Below, piece after piece: positions 18,053 to 27,136 of a DNA stretch of 64,000 bases. Position 1 is the stretch's first letter, and every line of letters starts with the position of its first letter. The translations under genes were made by a program, and so were the position numbers. Origin of the DNA: Dehalococcoidia bacterium (GTDB lineage: Bacteria > Chloroflexota > Dehalococcoidia > UBA2979). The stretch is from contig CAXXDN010000002.1 in assembly GCA_963667465.2 (NCBI GenBank), positions 384,001-448,000 on the forward strand, read 5' to 3'. The notes under the pieces are model-generated. The model had not been told where the DNA came from. It saw only the letters and a list, made by a program, of their open reading frames with translations, and made no database searches.

Positions 18053-18982
18053 CTAGATCGTCTCGACGAGCCCGCTGTAGGTCGCCATCACGCGGCCAGG
18101 CTGGCCCCAGCGCTCGGGTCGGCCGGCGGCCATGTCGTCGAGCTCGATGAGCCCTCGCTCGACGGCGAACTCGGGCGCGAAGACTGTCAGGCCGGAGTAG
18201 TACATCGGGTGCGGCGAGCTGGCGATGTGGGCGCAGCTGCGCCCGGCCGCGAGCGCCGAGTCGTGGTTCGCGGGGTCGTACGCATCGCCGCGCTGGACGG
18301 CCTTGCGCTCCACGCCGACGTCGCCGGGCTCGAGGTTGACGATCGCTACGTTGTGCTCGGCGATCTCCTTGGCGAGTCCGGGCGCGATGCGGTTGAAGGC
18401 CGCCTTGCTCACCGCGTAGGAGAGCCCCGGCCGCCCCGTCCAGTCGCTCGTCGGCTGCTTCGAGGACTCGACGATGCCGTTGCGCGAGGTGATGTGCACG
18501 ACGACGCCTCCGCCCTGCCCGATCATCACAGGGACGACCTTCTCGAGCAGGTAGAGCGGCGCGAGCGCGTTCACGCGCAGCGAGAGCTCGAAGACCTCGT
18601 GGGGCGTGATCAGGAACGGGTCCTTGTAGCCCCGGCCCACCCAGCGCGCGTTGTTGACCAGCACGTCGATCCGGCCGAACTCCTCGAGCGTGCGATCGAC
18701 GAGGGCGTCCATGTCGCCCTGTTCCAGCAGGTCGACACGCACGGCGAGGGCGCGCCGGCCGAGCGCCTCGACCTCGGCGACCGTCTCGGCAAGGCTCGTG
18801 CCGGGGACTGGGCGCACGTCCGAGTCCGTCACGGACTCGGACATCTCCTGCGGCTCGCCCGGCTCCAGCGTGCGTGCGGCAACGGCGAGGTCGTAGCCGG
18901 CCTCGGCGAGGGCGATCGCGCAGGCCTTGCCGACGCCGCGGCTGGCGCCGGTGACGATCGCGACGGGTGCGGACTCTTGCAC
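18053..18982 (-). CDS. Short-chain dehydrogenase/reductase
   Basis: TGASRGVG, GRIDVLVNNA, YAVSK; GTG start at 18982 after GGAGG. Confidence 0.9.
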   Translation of the reverse strand: MQESAPVAIVTGASRGVGKACAIALAEAGYDLAVAARTLEPGEPQEMSESVTDSDVRPVPGTSLAETVAEVEALGRRALAVRVDLLEQGDMDALVDRTLEEFGRIDVLVNNARWVGRGYKDPFLITPHEVFELSLRVNALAPLYLLEKVVPVMIGQGGGVVVHITSRNGIVESSKQPTSDWTGRPGLSYAVSKAAFNRIAPGLAKEIAEHNVAIVNLEPGDVGVERKAVQRGDAYDPANHDSALAAGRSCAHIASSPHPMYYSGLTVFAPEFAVERGLIELDDMAAGRPERWGQPGRVMATYSGLVETI

Positions 18983-18996
18983 GGCGGCCTCCTCGG

Positions 18997-19818
18997 CTAG
19001 TCGGAGCGGATCGAGGACGAGTAGGTAGGCAGGCGGTCGAGCAGGAGGTCGTCCGCGCGGCTGCGCACCCGCTCCCTGGTCGCCTGGGGGTGGGTGAGGA
19101 TGTAGAAGCGCTCTTCGCGGATGGCGTTCACCACGAGGTCGCCGACATCCGTGGGCAGCATGCGGCGGCCCTGGCCGTCGAGCTGCTCGGCGCTGCGCGG
19201 CTGGCGCGGGCGCTGGTAGCCGCCCATCTGCACGGGCGTGCGGATGCGGCCGGGGCAGAGCACCGAGGCGCGCAGCTTCGAACCGGCCCGCAGCAGCTCG
19301 TGGTGCAGTGACTCCGTCAGCGCGACCACGCCGGCTTTCGTCGCGACGTAGGTACTGATGCCCGGCCGGGAGCCGAGGCCGGCCGCCGAGGCGGTGTTGA
19401 CCACGTGCCCCTCGCTGTCCTGCTCGATCATCAGCGGCACGAAGACATGCATGCCGTTGAGCACGCCCCAGAAGTTCACGCCGACGACGGCCTGCCACTC
19501 CTCGTGTGGCAGCTCCCAGAGCGCGGGCTCGGGCCGCGAGTTGAGACCGGCGTTGTTGCAGAGCACATGCACAGCGCCGAACTCGTCGAGCACGCGCCGC
19601 GACAGCGCCTCGACGCTGTCGCGATTGGTGACATCGGTCGGCACGCCGATCACGGCGCCGTACTGGCCGAGCGCCTGCTCCGCCTCCTTGAGGCCATCCG
19701 CGTCGATGTCGGCGAGGGCGACGCGCATCCCCGCCTCGAGCAGGCGCTGCGCGATCCCGCTGCCGATGCCACCCGATCCGCCGGTGACGACGGCGACCTT
19801 GTCCTGGAAGTCGCGCAT
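18997..19818 (-). CDS. Short-chain dehydrogenase/reductase
   Basis: TGGSGGIG, NNAG, NTAS, YVATK. Confidence 0.93.
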   Translation of the reverse strand: MRDFQDKVAVVTGGSGGIGSGIAQRLLEAGMRVALADIDADGLKEAEQALGQYGAVIGVPTDVTNRDSVEALSRRVLDEFGAVHVLCNNAGLNSRPEPALWELPHEEWQAVVGVNFWGVLNGMHVFVPLMIEQDSEGHVVNTASAAGLGSRPGISTYVATKAGVVALTESLHHELLRAGSKLRASVLCPGRIRTPVQMGGYQRPRQPRSAEQLDGQGRRMLPTDVGDLVVNAIREERFYILTHPQATRERVRSRADDLLLDRLPTYSSSIRSD

Positions 19819-20037
19819 CGGTGCCTCCTCTTCTCAGCTCATTCGGAGCAGTGGCGCCGAGTGTAGTCCCTGCTATCCGGCGATGCGCCCTCTCCCGGGC
19901 GCTGCTGCCTCGTGCGAACCGGCCAGGAGCGGGCGTCCGGGCTCCCTCCGGGCGCGAGGTTGGGCGGGGAGTGGTGGGGCGCAACCCCCAGCCGCAGAGG
20001 CGCGAACTGGCTCGGAGGCCCGGTGTATGCCGGAGTG

Positions 20038-20210
20038 GCGGGCTGCGCCCGCTCCCCCTCACCCCCGCCCTCTCCCGCGAGGGGAGAGGGGGCCGGAGGG
20101 GACGCTACTCGCGTGGGTGTGCTCGATAGCCGCGGAGTTGGCCGCGGACCGAGGGGGGCGTGCGGCGCAGCCCCCACAGAAAGAACATCCGAGGGCGGGT
20201 GGGTGGGCCA
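20038..20210 (+). repeat. REP-like palindromic repeat plus G-rich tail module
   Basis: CCCTCACCCCCGCCCTCTCCC-N-GGGGAGAGGGGGCCGG and AGCCCCCACAGAAAGAACATCCGAGGGCGGGTGGGTGGG; near-identical copies at about 43215 and 52775. Confidence 0.85.
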
Positions 20211-20356
20211 GAGGCGCCCTGCGGGGTATCCCTCGCGTCCTCGACACGACCATGCGCGTGCTCGTCCGGGATGGGGGTGTGGGGGCCTGCGAGTTGTCCT
20301 CGCATCCGATCGAAACAGCGCCCCCCGCAACAGACTCGTGCGAGGCCGTGGAAGGG

Positions 20357-21508
20357 CTAGAAGCCCTGCCAGTCCGGCGCGCTCGTGGGCAGCGCGACCT
20401 GCGCGCGGCCCTTCGCGGTTGTCTCGCCGACCTGGTTCTCCGCCCACAGCTCGAGGTCCACGAGGTGGTCCGAGCCCTCGATCTGCTTGCCGCTCACCCG
20501 GCCCTTGAGCCAGGTGGTGTCGCCGAGGTAGTTGAAGCGCCGGACCTCGCCGTAGAGGCGGGTCATGAATCCGTCGTTGCCCATCCAGTTCGTCACGGGG
20601 TGGCCGAGCCAGCACATCCGCTGCGAGCCGTAGTCGTAGGCCATCGGCAGCCCGGCCTGGCCGGCGGTGCCGGAGGCGGCGTGCACGCGGATCACCGCTT
20701 CGAGCGCCCCCGTGTTCGGGTCGCGGTACCAGAAGGCCGGGTGGCGGCGCGACTCGCGCACGGAAAAGACGTGCGCCATGCCGCCGATGCAGCCCGCCTC
20801 GAAGGCGGCGATGTCGCCGAGGCTGAGCGGGCCCTTGACCACGGGGGGCACCTCGTCGCCGATCTCGACGTCCTCCCAGAAGCGAGGAGTCGCGCCGCGG
20901 ATCTCCTCGTTGAGCATCTGCTCCTCGATCTCGAACAGCTCGTCCTCGCTGTAGGAGTACGGCTCGCGTTGGTACTTGCCGCGCTCGCGCGCGGCGCGGC
21001 GCTCGGCGCGGAACTGCCAGCCCTTGCACTCGGCGATCACCTCGCCTCGCTGGTTGCGGTAGGTGGAGATGCTGGACTGGATCATCGTGCGGCCGGCGAA
21101 CTCGCCCTGGCGCTCGTCGAGGCCGGTGAACTGCTCCTGCACCGTGATCCGGTCGCCGAGCATGATCGGGCGATGCCAGACCCAGTCGTTGCCGGCGTGG
21201 AAGCCGTGCACGCCGGGCAGCCCGCCCGTCCGGCCCGAGGTCCAGTAGACGCTGTAGAGGAAGGTCGGCGGCGCGATGATCCCGCCCCAGCGCGTGGAGG
21301 CCGCGTACTCGGCGTCCACCCACAGCGGGTTGGGGTCGCCGATGCCGCGCACGAAGTGGCGGATGCTGTCGCGCGTCGCCTCCTCGTGCAGCGGCCCCAG
21401 GCCGTAGAAGCTCGGCCGGTTGTAGCTGCCGAGGCGCGAGCGCAGCCGGTCGAGGGCCTCCTCGGTGATCAGGCCCTCGCTGATTTGGGGCGCGTCCTGC
21501 TCGGCCAT
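20357..21508 (-). CDS. Double hot-dog (MaoC/FAS1-like) dehydratase
   Basis: IRHFVRGIGDPNPLW, IIAPPTF, second domain FWEDVEIGDEVP. Confidence 0.85.
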   Translation of the reverse strand: MAEQDAPQISEGLITEEALDRLRSRLGSYNRPSFYGLGPLHEEATRDSIRHFVRGIGDPNPLWVDAEYAASTRWGGIIAPPTFLYSVYWTSGRTGGLPGVHGFHAGNDWVWHRPIMLGDRITVQEQFTGLDERQGEFAGRTMIQSSISTYRNQRGEVIAECKGWQFRAERRAARERGKYQREPYSYSEDELFEIEEQMLNEEIRGATPRFWEDVEIGDEVPPVVKGPLSLGDIAAFEAGCIGGMAHVFSVRESRRHPAFWYRDPNTGALEAVIRVHAASGTAGQAGLPMAYDYGSQRMCWLGHPVTNWMGNDGFMTRLYGEVRRFNYLGDTTWLKGRVSGKQIEGSDHLVDLELWAENQVGETTAKGRAQVALPTSAPDWQGF

Positions 21509-21647
21509 CGCTGCCTCCTTGCCGCCTCGTGGGGCAAGCCTACCGCGATGCGCGCCCGAAGGGGGCAGCGGGGGCGCCCGGTCGCTCACGCGTGGGGGCG
21601 TGGGTATGATGCGGGCGCCAATCGAGCACCGGGAAAGGGCCGTGCGC

Positions 21648-22817
21648 ATGCACTACGGCTGGACCGACGAGCAACTGCAGTTCCGCGACGATCTGCGTGC
21701 CTTCATCGCCGAGCACCGCACCGAAGAACTCCTCGGCGAGCTCGAGGAGTACCACCTGACCTACGTGCATGGCCCCGCCATGAAGCGCTTCCGCAGCGCC
21801 CTCGACGCTGCCGGGTTCTCGACGATGGCCTGGCCGAAGGAGTACGGGGGCCAGGACAGGGGCGCCTTTTATCTCTTCATCCTCAAGGAGGAGCTGGAGT
21901 ACTGGGGGATGCCCTACGACGCGCTCTCCGTGCTCTCGGTGGGCACGACGATCATGCGCTTCGGCAGCGAGAGCCAGAAGCGTGAATGGCTGCCGAAGAT
22001 CCAGACCGGCGAGATGAACTTCGCGATCGGCTACACCGAGCCGAACGCCGGTACCGACCTCGCCTCGCTGCAGACGCGCGCGGTCCGCGACGGCGACGAG
22101 TGGGTGCTGAACGGGCAGAAGATCTACACCTCGGCGGCGCACAACGCGAGCCACCTCTTCATGGCTGCGCGCACGGACCCCGAGGCGCCCAAGCACCGCG
22201 GCATCTCCGTCTTCGTCTTCCCCATGGACACGCCCGGCATCACCGTGCGCCCGCTCTGGACGATGGGCGGCGGCCGCACCAACGAGACCTTCTACGAGGA
22301 CGTGCGCATCCCCGCCAACTCGATCATCGGCGAGGAGAACCGCGGCTGGTACACGATCATGAACGCGCTCGACCTCGAGCGCGTCACGATCGGCCCCTAC
22401 GCGCCGATCAAGCGCGTGCTCGACCTGATGGTCGGCTACGTCCGCGAGGAGCGCACCGAGCTGCGCGACGATCCGATCGTGCGCACGAAGCTCGCCGAGA
22501 CGAAGCTCGACTACGAGATATCGCGGGCGCTGGCGACGACCAACGCGGCGATCATCGACGGCGGTCACACGCCGACCATGGAGGCCTCGATGACGAAGGT
22601 CTGGTCGACCGACATGAAGGAGCGTGTGAGCAACCTGGCGATGGACCTCCTCGGCTGGGAGGGCGCGCTGCAGGGGGCCAGCGGTCCGGTCGCGCCCCTC
22701 GGAGGGGACTTCGAGGAGCGCTGGCGCGGCGCGCCGGCGGTGCGCTTCGGCGGCGGCACGAACGACGTCCAGCGGCAGATCATCGCCACGCGCGGCCTCA
22801 ACCTGCCGCGCGGCTAA
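21648..22817 (+). CDS. Acyl-CoA dehydrogenase
   Basis: WPKEYGG, YTEPNAGTDLASLQTRA, NGQKIYTS, GGTNDVQR. Confidence 0.93.
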   Translation: MHYGWTDEQLQFRDDLRAFIAEHRTEELLGELEEYHLTYVHGPAMKRFRSALDAAGFSTMAWPKEYGGQDRGAFYLFILKEELEYWGMPYDALSVLSVGTTIMRFGSESQKREWLPKIQTGEMNFAIGYTEPNAGTDLASLQTRAVRDGDEWVLNGQKIYTSAAHNASHLFMAARTDPEAPKHRGISVFVFPMDTPGITVRPLWTMGGGRTNETFYEDVRIPANSIIGEENRGWYTIMNALDLERVTIGPYAPIKRVLDLMVGYVREERTELRDDPIVRTKLAETKLDYEISRALATTNAAIIDGGHTPTMEASMTKVWSTDMKERVSNLAMDLLGWEGALQGASGPVAPLGGDFEERWRGAPAVRFGGGTNDVQRQIIATRGLNLPRG

Positions 22818-22831
22818 CGGGAGCGTACCCA

Positions 22832-23905
22832 GTGGACCTCCAACCAACAGACCTCCAGGAGCTGTTGCGCGGCAACGCCGAGGACGTCCTCGGGCGCGAG
22901 GCGCCCGCCGACCGCGTCCGCGAGATCGAGCAGGCAGGCGAGCCCGACGCCGCGCTCTGGTCGACGCTCGTCGACCTCGGCTGGACCGGGCTCGCGGTGC
23001 CCGACGAGCACGGGGGCCAGGGCGGCTCGCTGCTCGACCTCGCCGTGATCGTCGAGCAGCTCTGCCGCCACGCCGTGCTGACGCCCTTCGTCCCGACCGC
23101 CCTCGCCGCGATCGTGGTCCAGCGGCACGGCGACGAGGCGCTGCAAGCCGAGCTGCTGCCCCGCATCGCCGAGGGTGCGACGGTCGCGATCGCTCTCGCC
23201 GAGGGCCACGGCGAGCTGCGCGACCTCGCGGCGACGTACGCGGACGGCGCGGTCAGCGGCGAGAAGCGTTTCGTCGAGTACGCGCGCAGCAGCGACCTGC
23301 ACCTCGTCGCCGCGAGCCGCAACGGCACACCGGGCCTCGCGATCGTCCCGGCCGGCGCCGCCGGTGTGCGCGTTGAGCAGGACCTCGTGAGCATCGGCAA
23401 GACGCCGCAGGCGATCGTCGCCTACGAGGGCGCACCGGCCGACGCCTGGATGGAGGGCGAGGCAGCCGTAGAGGATCTGCGGCGGCTCGGATCGGCGCTG
23501 GCCTCGCTGGAGTCGTACGCGCACGCGCAGCGCGCGCTCGACATGACGGTGGACTACGTGCAGACGCGCGTGCAGTTCGGGCGGCCGATCGGGTCGTTCC
23601 AGGCGGTGCAGATGCGGCTCGCGGACCTTGCGACGCGCGTGCAGGCGAGCAACTTCCTGGTGCACGAGCTGCTCTGGCACTTCGATGAGGGCAGCGACGA
23701 CCCGGAGCAGATCGCGGTCGTGAAGGCGGTGACGGCGCAGACGGTGGCGCAGGTCACGCAGGACTGCCACCTGCTGCACGGCGGCATCGGCTTCATCACG
23801 GAGTACGACCTCTACTTCCACACGATCCGTGGCAAGGAAGCCTCGCTGCGCTTCGGTGGCGCCGGCGAGGCGCTGCGCACCGTCGCCGACGCCCTCCTCG
23901 ACTAG
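22832..23905 (+). CDS. Acyl-CoA dehydrogenase (degenerate partner subunit, heteromeric-ACAD type)
   Basis: RVQFGRPIGSFQAVQ, HGGIGF; lacks the TEP motif; tandem with the previous ACAD. Confidence 0.88.
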   Translation: MDLQPTDLQELLRGNAEDVLGREAPADRVREIEQAGEPDAALWSTLVDLGWTGLAVPDEHGGQGGSLLDLAVIVEQLCRHAVLTPFVPTALAAIVVQRHGDEALQAELLPRIAEGATVAIALAEGHGELRDLAATYADGAVSGEKRFVEYARSSDLHLVAASRNGTPGLAIVPAGAAGVRVEQDLVSIGKTPQAIVAYEGAPADAWMEGEAAVEDLRRLGSALASLESYAHAQRALDMTVDYVQTRVQFGRPIGSFQAVQMRLADLATRVQASNFLVHELLWHFDEGSDDPEQIAVVKAVTAQTVAQVTQDCHLLHGGIGFITEYDLYFHTIRGKEASLRFGGAGEALRTVADALLD

Positions 23906-23920
23906 CCGCGCGCACGCGCG

Positions 23921-23982
23921 ATCCGGTCCCCTCGCCCCTTGCGGGAGAGGGCGGTCCGGCTCCCTCGCCCCTTGCGGGAGAG
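23921..23982 (-). repeat. Two REP-like copies; the second is split by IS110
   Basis: CCCTCGCCCCTTGCGGGAGAG occurs twice; the second copy resumes at 25473 (GGCGGGGGGTGAGGGG). Confidence 0.85.
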
Positions 23983-24003
23983 ACACCCCAGGGTGCTAAG
24001 GCG

Positions 24004-25227
24004 TCAAGCGGCGAGCTGTTCGCGGTCGTGGCGGTGCGCCCAGGCGGTGGCCTCGTCGTAGGGGCGACGTGCCTTCAGGCAGCCGTGGAGGTAGCCGACG
24101 AGGCGGTTGCCGAGAGCGCGCAGCGCCTGGTGGTGGAGGTCGCCCGCGGCGCGGCGGCGGTGGTAGAAGTCATGGCAGCCGGGGCTCGCCTGCAGCGAGC
24201 AGAGCGCCCAGCGGTCCACGGCGTCGGCGAGCCGGCGGTTGCGCACGAAGCGGGCGCGCACGCTGCGCTTGCGGCCCGATGCTACGGTGAGCGGCGAGGT
24301 GCCGGCGTAGTTCCTGCGGGACTTCGCCGACTCGTAGCGTTCGGGGTCGTCCCCGAACTCGCCGAGCACCCGGGCGCCGAGCACGACACCGAGACCGGGC
24401 AGGGAACGGTAGATTGCGGCGTCCGGGTGCTGCTCAAAATGGCTCGTGAGCGCGGCCTCGAGCTCCGTAAGCTGACGGTTGATCTCGCTGATCTGCGCGA
24501 CCGCCGCGCGGGTGCTCGCGGCGAACGCCCGGCTCACGGCAGGCGGCGCCTCGAGTTGCGGGGAGCGCAGCGCGTCGCGCACCGCGGCGGCGCGCCGCTC
24601 GAGGTTGCGCTGACGTCCGCCGCGGCGCAGCGCCGAGCGGATCTTCGACGTGCTCAGGCGCGCCGCCTCGCGCGGCTCGCTCGCCCGCGCCAGCACGCCC
24701 AGGGCGTCGCCGTGCGCGAGGCTGGGGAAGGCCTGCAGGGCAGCCGGGAAATACTCCCTGAGGGCGTTGCGCAGCCGGTTGGTCTGGCGCACGCGGTCCC
24801 AGATCAGCTGCTGGTGGGCGCGGGCGAGGATGCGCACCGCGGCAGCCTCGTCGCTGTCGCCGGCCAGCGGACGGTGGTTGTGGCGGTCGGTGCGCACGAG
24901 GTCGGCGAGCAGCTTCGCGTCGGCGGCGTCGGACTTGGCGCCGCCCAGGTGGTGACGCTCACGGTAGCGCGCCGCCGAGCGGGGGTTGATCGCGTAGACG
25001 CGGTAGCCGGCCGCGAGCAGGGCCGTGACCCAGGGTCCGCGGTCGGTCTCGATGCCGACCACGACCGCGCCCGGGTCTGAGGCGTGCTCGGCAACCAGTT
25101 CGTGCAGCACGGCGACGCCCGCGACGCCCTCGGGCAGCCGCCTGGCGGCGAGCCGTTCGCCGGCCTCGTTCATGAGCTGGACATCGTGGTGGTCTTCGGA
25201 CCAGTCGTCACCGACGTAGAGGGTCAT
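24004..25227 (-). CDS. IS110 DEDD recombinase/transposase
   Basis: VGDDWSEDHHD, GIET, KSDAADA (RuvC-like DEDD); C-terminal SLPGLG...YAGTSP...ASG. Confidence 0.95.
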   Translation of the reverse strand: MTLYVGDDWSEDHHDVQLMNEAGERLAARRLPEGVAGVAVLHELVAEHASDPGAVVVGIETDRGPWVTALLAAGYRVYAINPRSAARYRERHHLGGAKSDAADAKLLADLVRTDRHNHRPLAGDSDEAAAVRILARAHQQLIWDRVRQTNRLRNALREYFPAALQAFPSLAHGDALGVLARASEPREAARLSTSKIRSALRRGGRQRNLERRAAAVRDALRSPQLEAPPAVSRAFAASTRAAVAQISEINRQLTELEAALTSHFEQHPDAAIYRSLPGLGVVLGARVLGEFGDDPERYESAKSRRNYAGTSPLTVASGRKRSVRARFVRNRRLADAVDRWALCSLQASPGCHDFYHRRRAAGDLHHQALRALGNRLVGYLHGCLKARRPYDEATAWAHRHDREQLAA

Positions 25228-25264
25228 CGTGCCTCGCTTTCCTGCGCTTCGTGCTGCTGTTTGC

Positions 25265-25460
25265 GACCTGCCGGGCTGGTCCTGCGACGGCCTAATGGAC
25301 CAGTGCTCTCGGGCACGACACCCCAGGAGTGCTGTGGACCACCCGGACGCACCAGCCGGGGCACGGTCTCTCCCTGGAGATCGCAGTGTCTCGGGGAGGG
25401 GCAGTGCTCACCGGCCGGCCGGTCCAAGACCAGTCTCCCAGATCGCTCCAGGGTCCGGTC
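25265..25460 (-). ncRNA. Putative IS110 bridge RNA (target-binding and donor-binding loops)
   Basis: Guide segments match the REP target (25393-25401, 25368-25374) and the circle junction (25317-25327, 25292-25298); each pair flanks an internal hairpin and is closed by a stem; RNA ends are approximate. Confidence 0.8.
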
Positions 25461-25600
25461 GAACCCCATTAGGGCGGGGGGTGAGGGGTCGCCGCGCGCC
25501 AGCGCGGCCAGCAAGGCCGGTAGGGGCTTGTGAGGGCGGAAGCCACAGGTCCCGCGCGTTGACCGCGCACGCGGGGCGTGCGTTCAATGGCCAGGCAGGT

Positions 25601-25676
25601 GCGGGGGTAGCTCAGCTGGTAGAGCATCTGCCTTCCAAGCAGAAGGTCGCGGGTTCGAGACCCGTCCCCCGCTCCA
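25601..25676 (+). tRNA. tRNA-Gly (TCC)
   Basis: GCGGGGG/CCCCCGC acceptor stem, D arm AGCTCAGCTGGTAGAGC, anticodon loop CT-TCC-AA, GGTTCGA T arm, encoded CCA. Confidence 0.97.
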
Positions 25677-25803
25677 CTCACCCACCCGCTGGACCCCGCC
25701 CACAGCCACCATGCGAGATTACGCGCGCGCCCCGGCGACGCCTGTCGGTGGTAGGTTCGCCCTCGTGGCACCGGGTGCACGACGAAGATTCGAGGAGGAC
25801 GGC

Positions 25804-27126
25804 ATGGCGGACGACGGATTTGCGCCGGACTGGGACGCGCTGACCGAGGAAGCGACGGAGCTGCTCTCCGCCTACATCCGCGTCGACACCGTCAACCCGC
25901 CGGGCAACGAGACGCGCGCTTGCGACTTCTACGGCGAGATCCTCGATCGTGAGGGCATCCCCTACCGCGTCTACGAACCCGCTGACGCTCCCGGCCGAGG
26001 CACCCTTGTCGCCACGCTGCCTGGCGACGGCACGGGCGGCAAGCAGTTGATCCTGCTCAACCACACCGACGTCGTCCCTTTCGAGCGTGAGTACTGGACG
26101 GTCGACCCGCTCGGCGGCGAGGTCAGCGACGGCTACATCTGGGGTCGCGGCACCCTCGACATGAAGGGGATGGGCATCATGGAGCTCATCACCTTGCTGC
26201 TCCATCACCGCCACAAGCTGCCGCTGCGGCGTGACCTCACCTTCATCGCCGTCGCCGACGAGGAGGCGGGCAGCGTCTATGGCGCGGAGTTCCTCGCACG
26301 AGAGCACCCGGAGGTCATCGACTGCGTGTGCGTACTGAACGAGGGCGGGCGTGGCAGCACGCGCGCGTTCGGCGTGGAGCGGCCGCTGATGCAGATCGGG
26401 GTGGCGGAGAAGATCCCCTTCTGGGTGCGACTGAGTACGCAGGGCCGTCCCGGCCACGGCTCCGTTCCGACCCCGGACAACGCCGCCGACCGCCTCGTGC
26501 GCGCGTTGCAGCGGATCCAGGACTGGGAGCGGCCCCCGCAGATCGGCCCGGAGCTGCGCGCCTACTTCGAGGGGCTGCACGCTGCGGGCCTCCTCGACGA
26601 GGAGCCGACCGCGGAGACGATCGAGCAGGTCGCCGCGCGTCAGCCGCGAGTCGGGGCGCTGCTCCGGAACACCATCTCCCTGACCACGTTCCAGTCCGGT
26701 GTGAAGCACAACGTGATTCCCGCCGAGGCGAACGCGACCCTCGATTGCCGCTTGCTGCCGGGCTCGGACCCGGACGCCTTCCTCGCCGAAATGGTCGAGG
26801 TGATCGACGACGACCAGGTCGAGGTGGAGGTGGTGCTGCGCAGCTACGGGCCGCCCTCGCCGATCGACTCGGAGCTGTACGAGACGCTGTCCCGGTCGGT
26901 GCGCAACGCGGTCGAGGACGCGGTCGTCGTCCCCTGGACCTCCACGGGGTTCACGGACTCGCGGGTGTTCCGCCGCATGGGCTACCCGGCGTACGGTTTC
27001 ACGCCGGTCTTCGTGCCGCCCTCGGATCAGGCGCTCGGGCACGGCAACGACGAGCGCATCGCGATTGACGGCCTGCGGATGGGGATGCAGATCCTGCATG
27101 ACACCGTGCGCCGCATCTGCGGGTAG
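25804..27126 (+). CDS. M20 family metallopeptidase/acylase
   Basis: NPPGNE, HTDVVP, GRGTLDMKG, ADEEAG, GFTDSR, HGNDE. Confidence 0.92.
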   Translation: MADDGFAPDWDALTEEATELLSAYIRVDTVNPPGNETRACDFYGEILDREGIPYRVYEPADAPGRGTLVATLPGDGTGGKQLILLNHTDVVPFEREYWTVDPLGGEVSDGYIWGRGTLDMKGMGIMELITLLLHHRHKLPLRRDLTFIAVADEEAGSVYGAEFLAREHPEVIDCVCVLNEGGRGSTRAFGVERPLMQIGVAEKIPFWVRLSTQGRPGHGSVPTPDNAADRLVRALQRIQDWERPPQIGPELRAYFEGLHAAGLLDEEPTAETIEQVAARQPRVGALLRNTISLTTFQSGVKHNVIPAEANATLDCRLLPGSDPDAFLAEMVEVIDDDQVEVEVVLRSYGPPSPIDSELYETLSRSVRNAVEDAVVVPWTSTGFTDSRVFRRMGYPAYGFTPVFVPPSDQALGHGNDERIAIDGLRMGMQILHDTVRRICG

Positions 27127-27136
27127 GCGGTCGGCG

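Larger units (their letters stand above)
23983..25472 (-). mobile_element. IS110-family insertion sequence inserted in a REP at an AG/CT core
   Basis: AG at both junctions (23981-23982 and 25471-25472); removing the element restores an intact REP; no terminal inverted repeats. Confidence 0.9.

Noticed and set aside
25601-25676. tRNA-Gly as an integration site of a genomic island
   Set aside because: No duplicated tRNA 3' end and no integrase seen; the nearby IS110 ends about 130 nt upstream, inside a REP.
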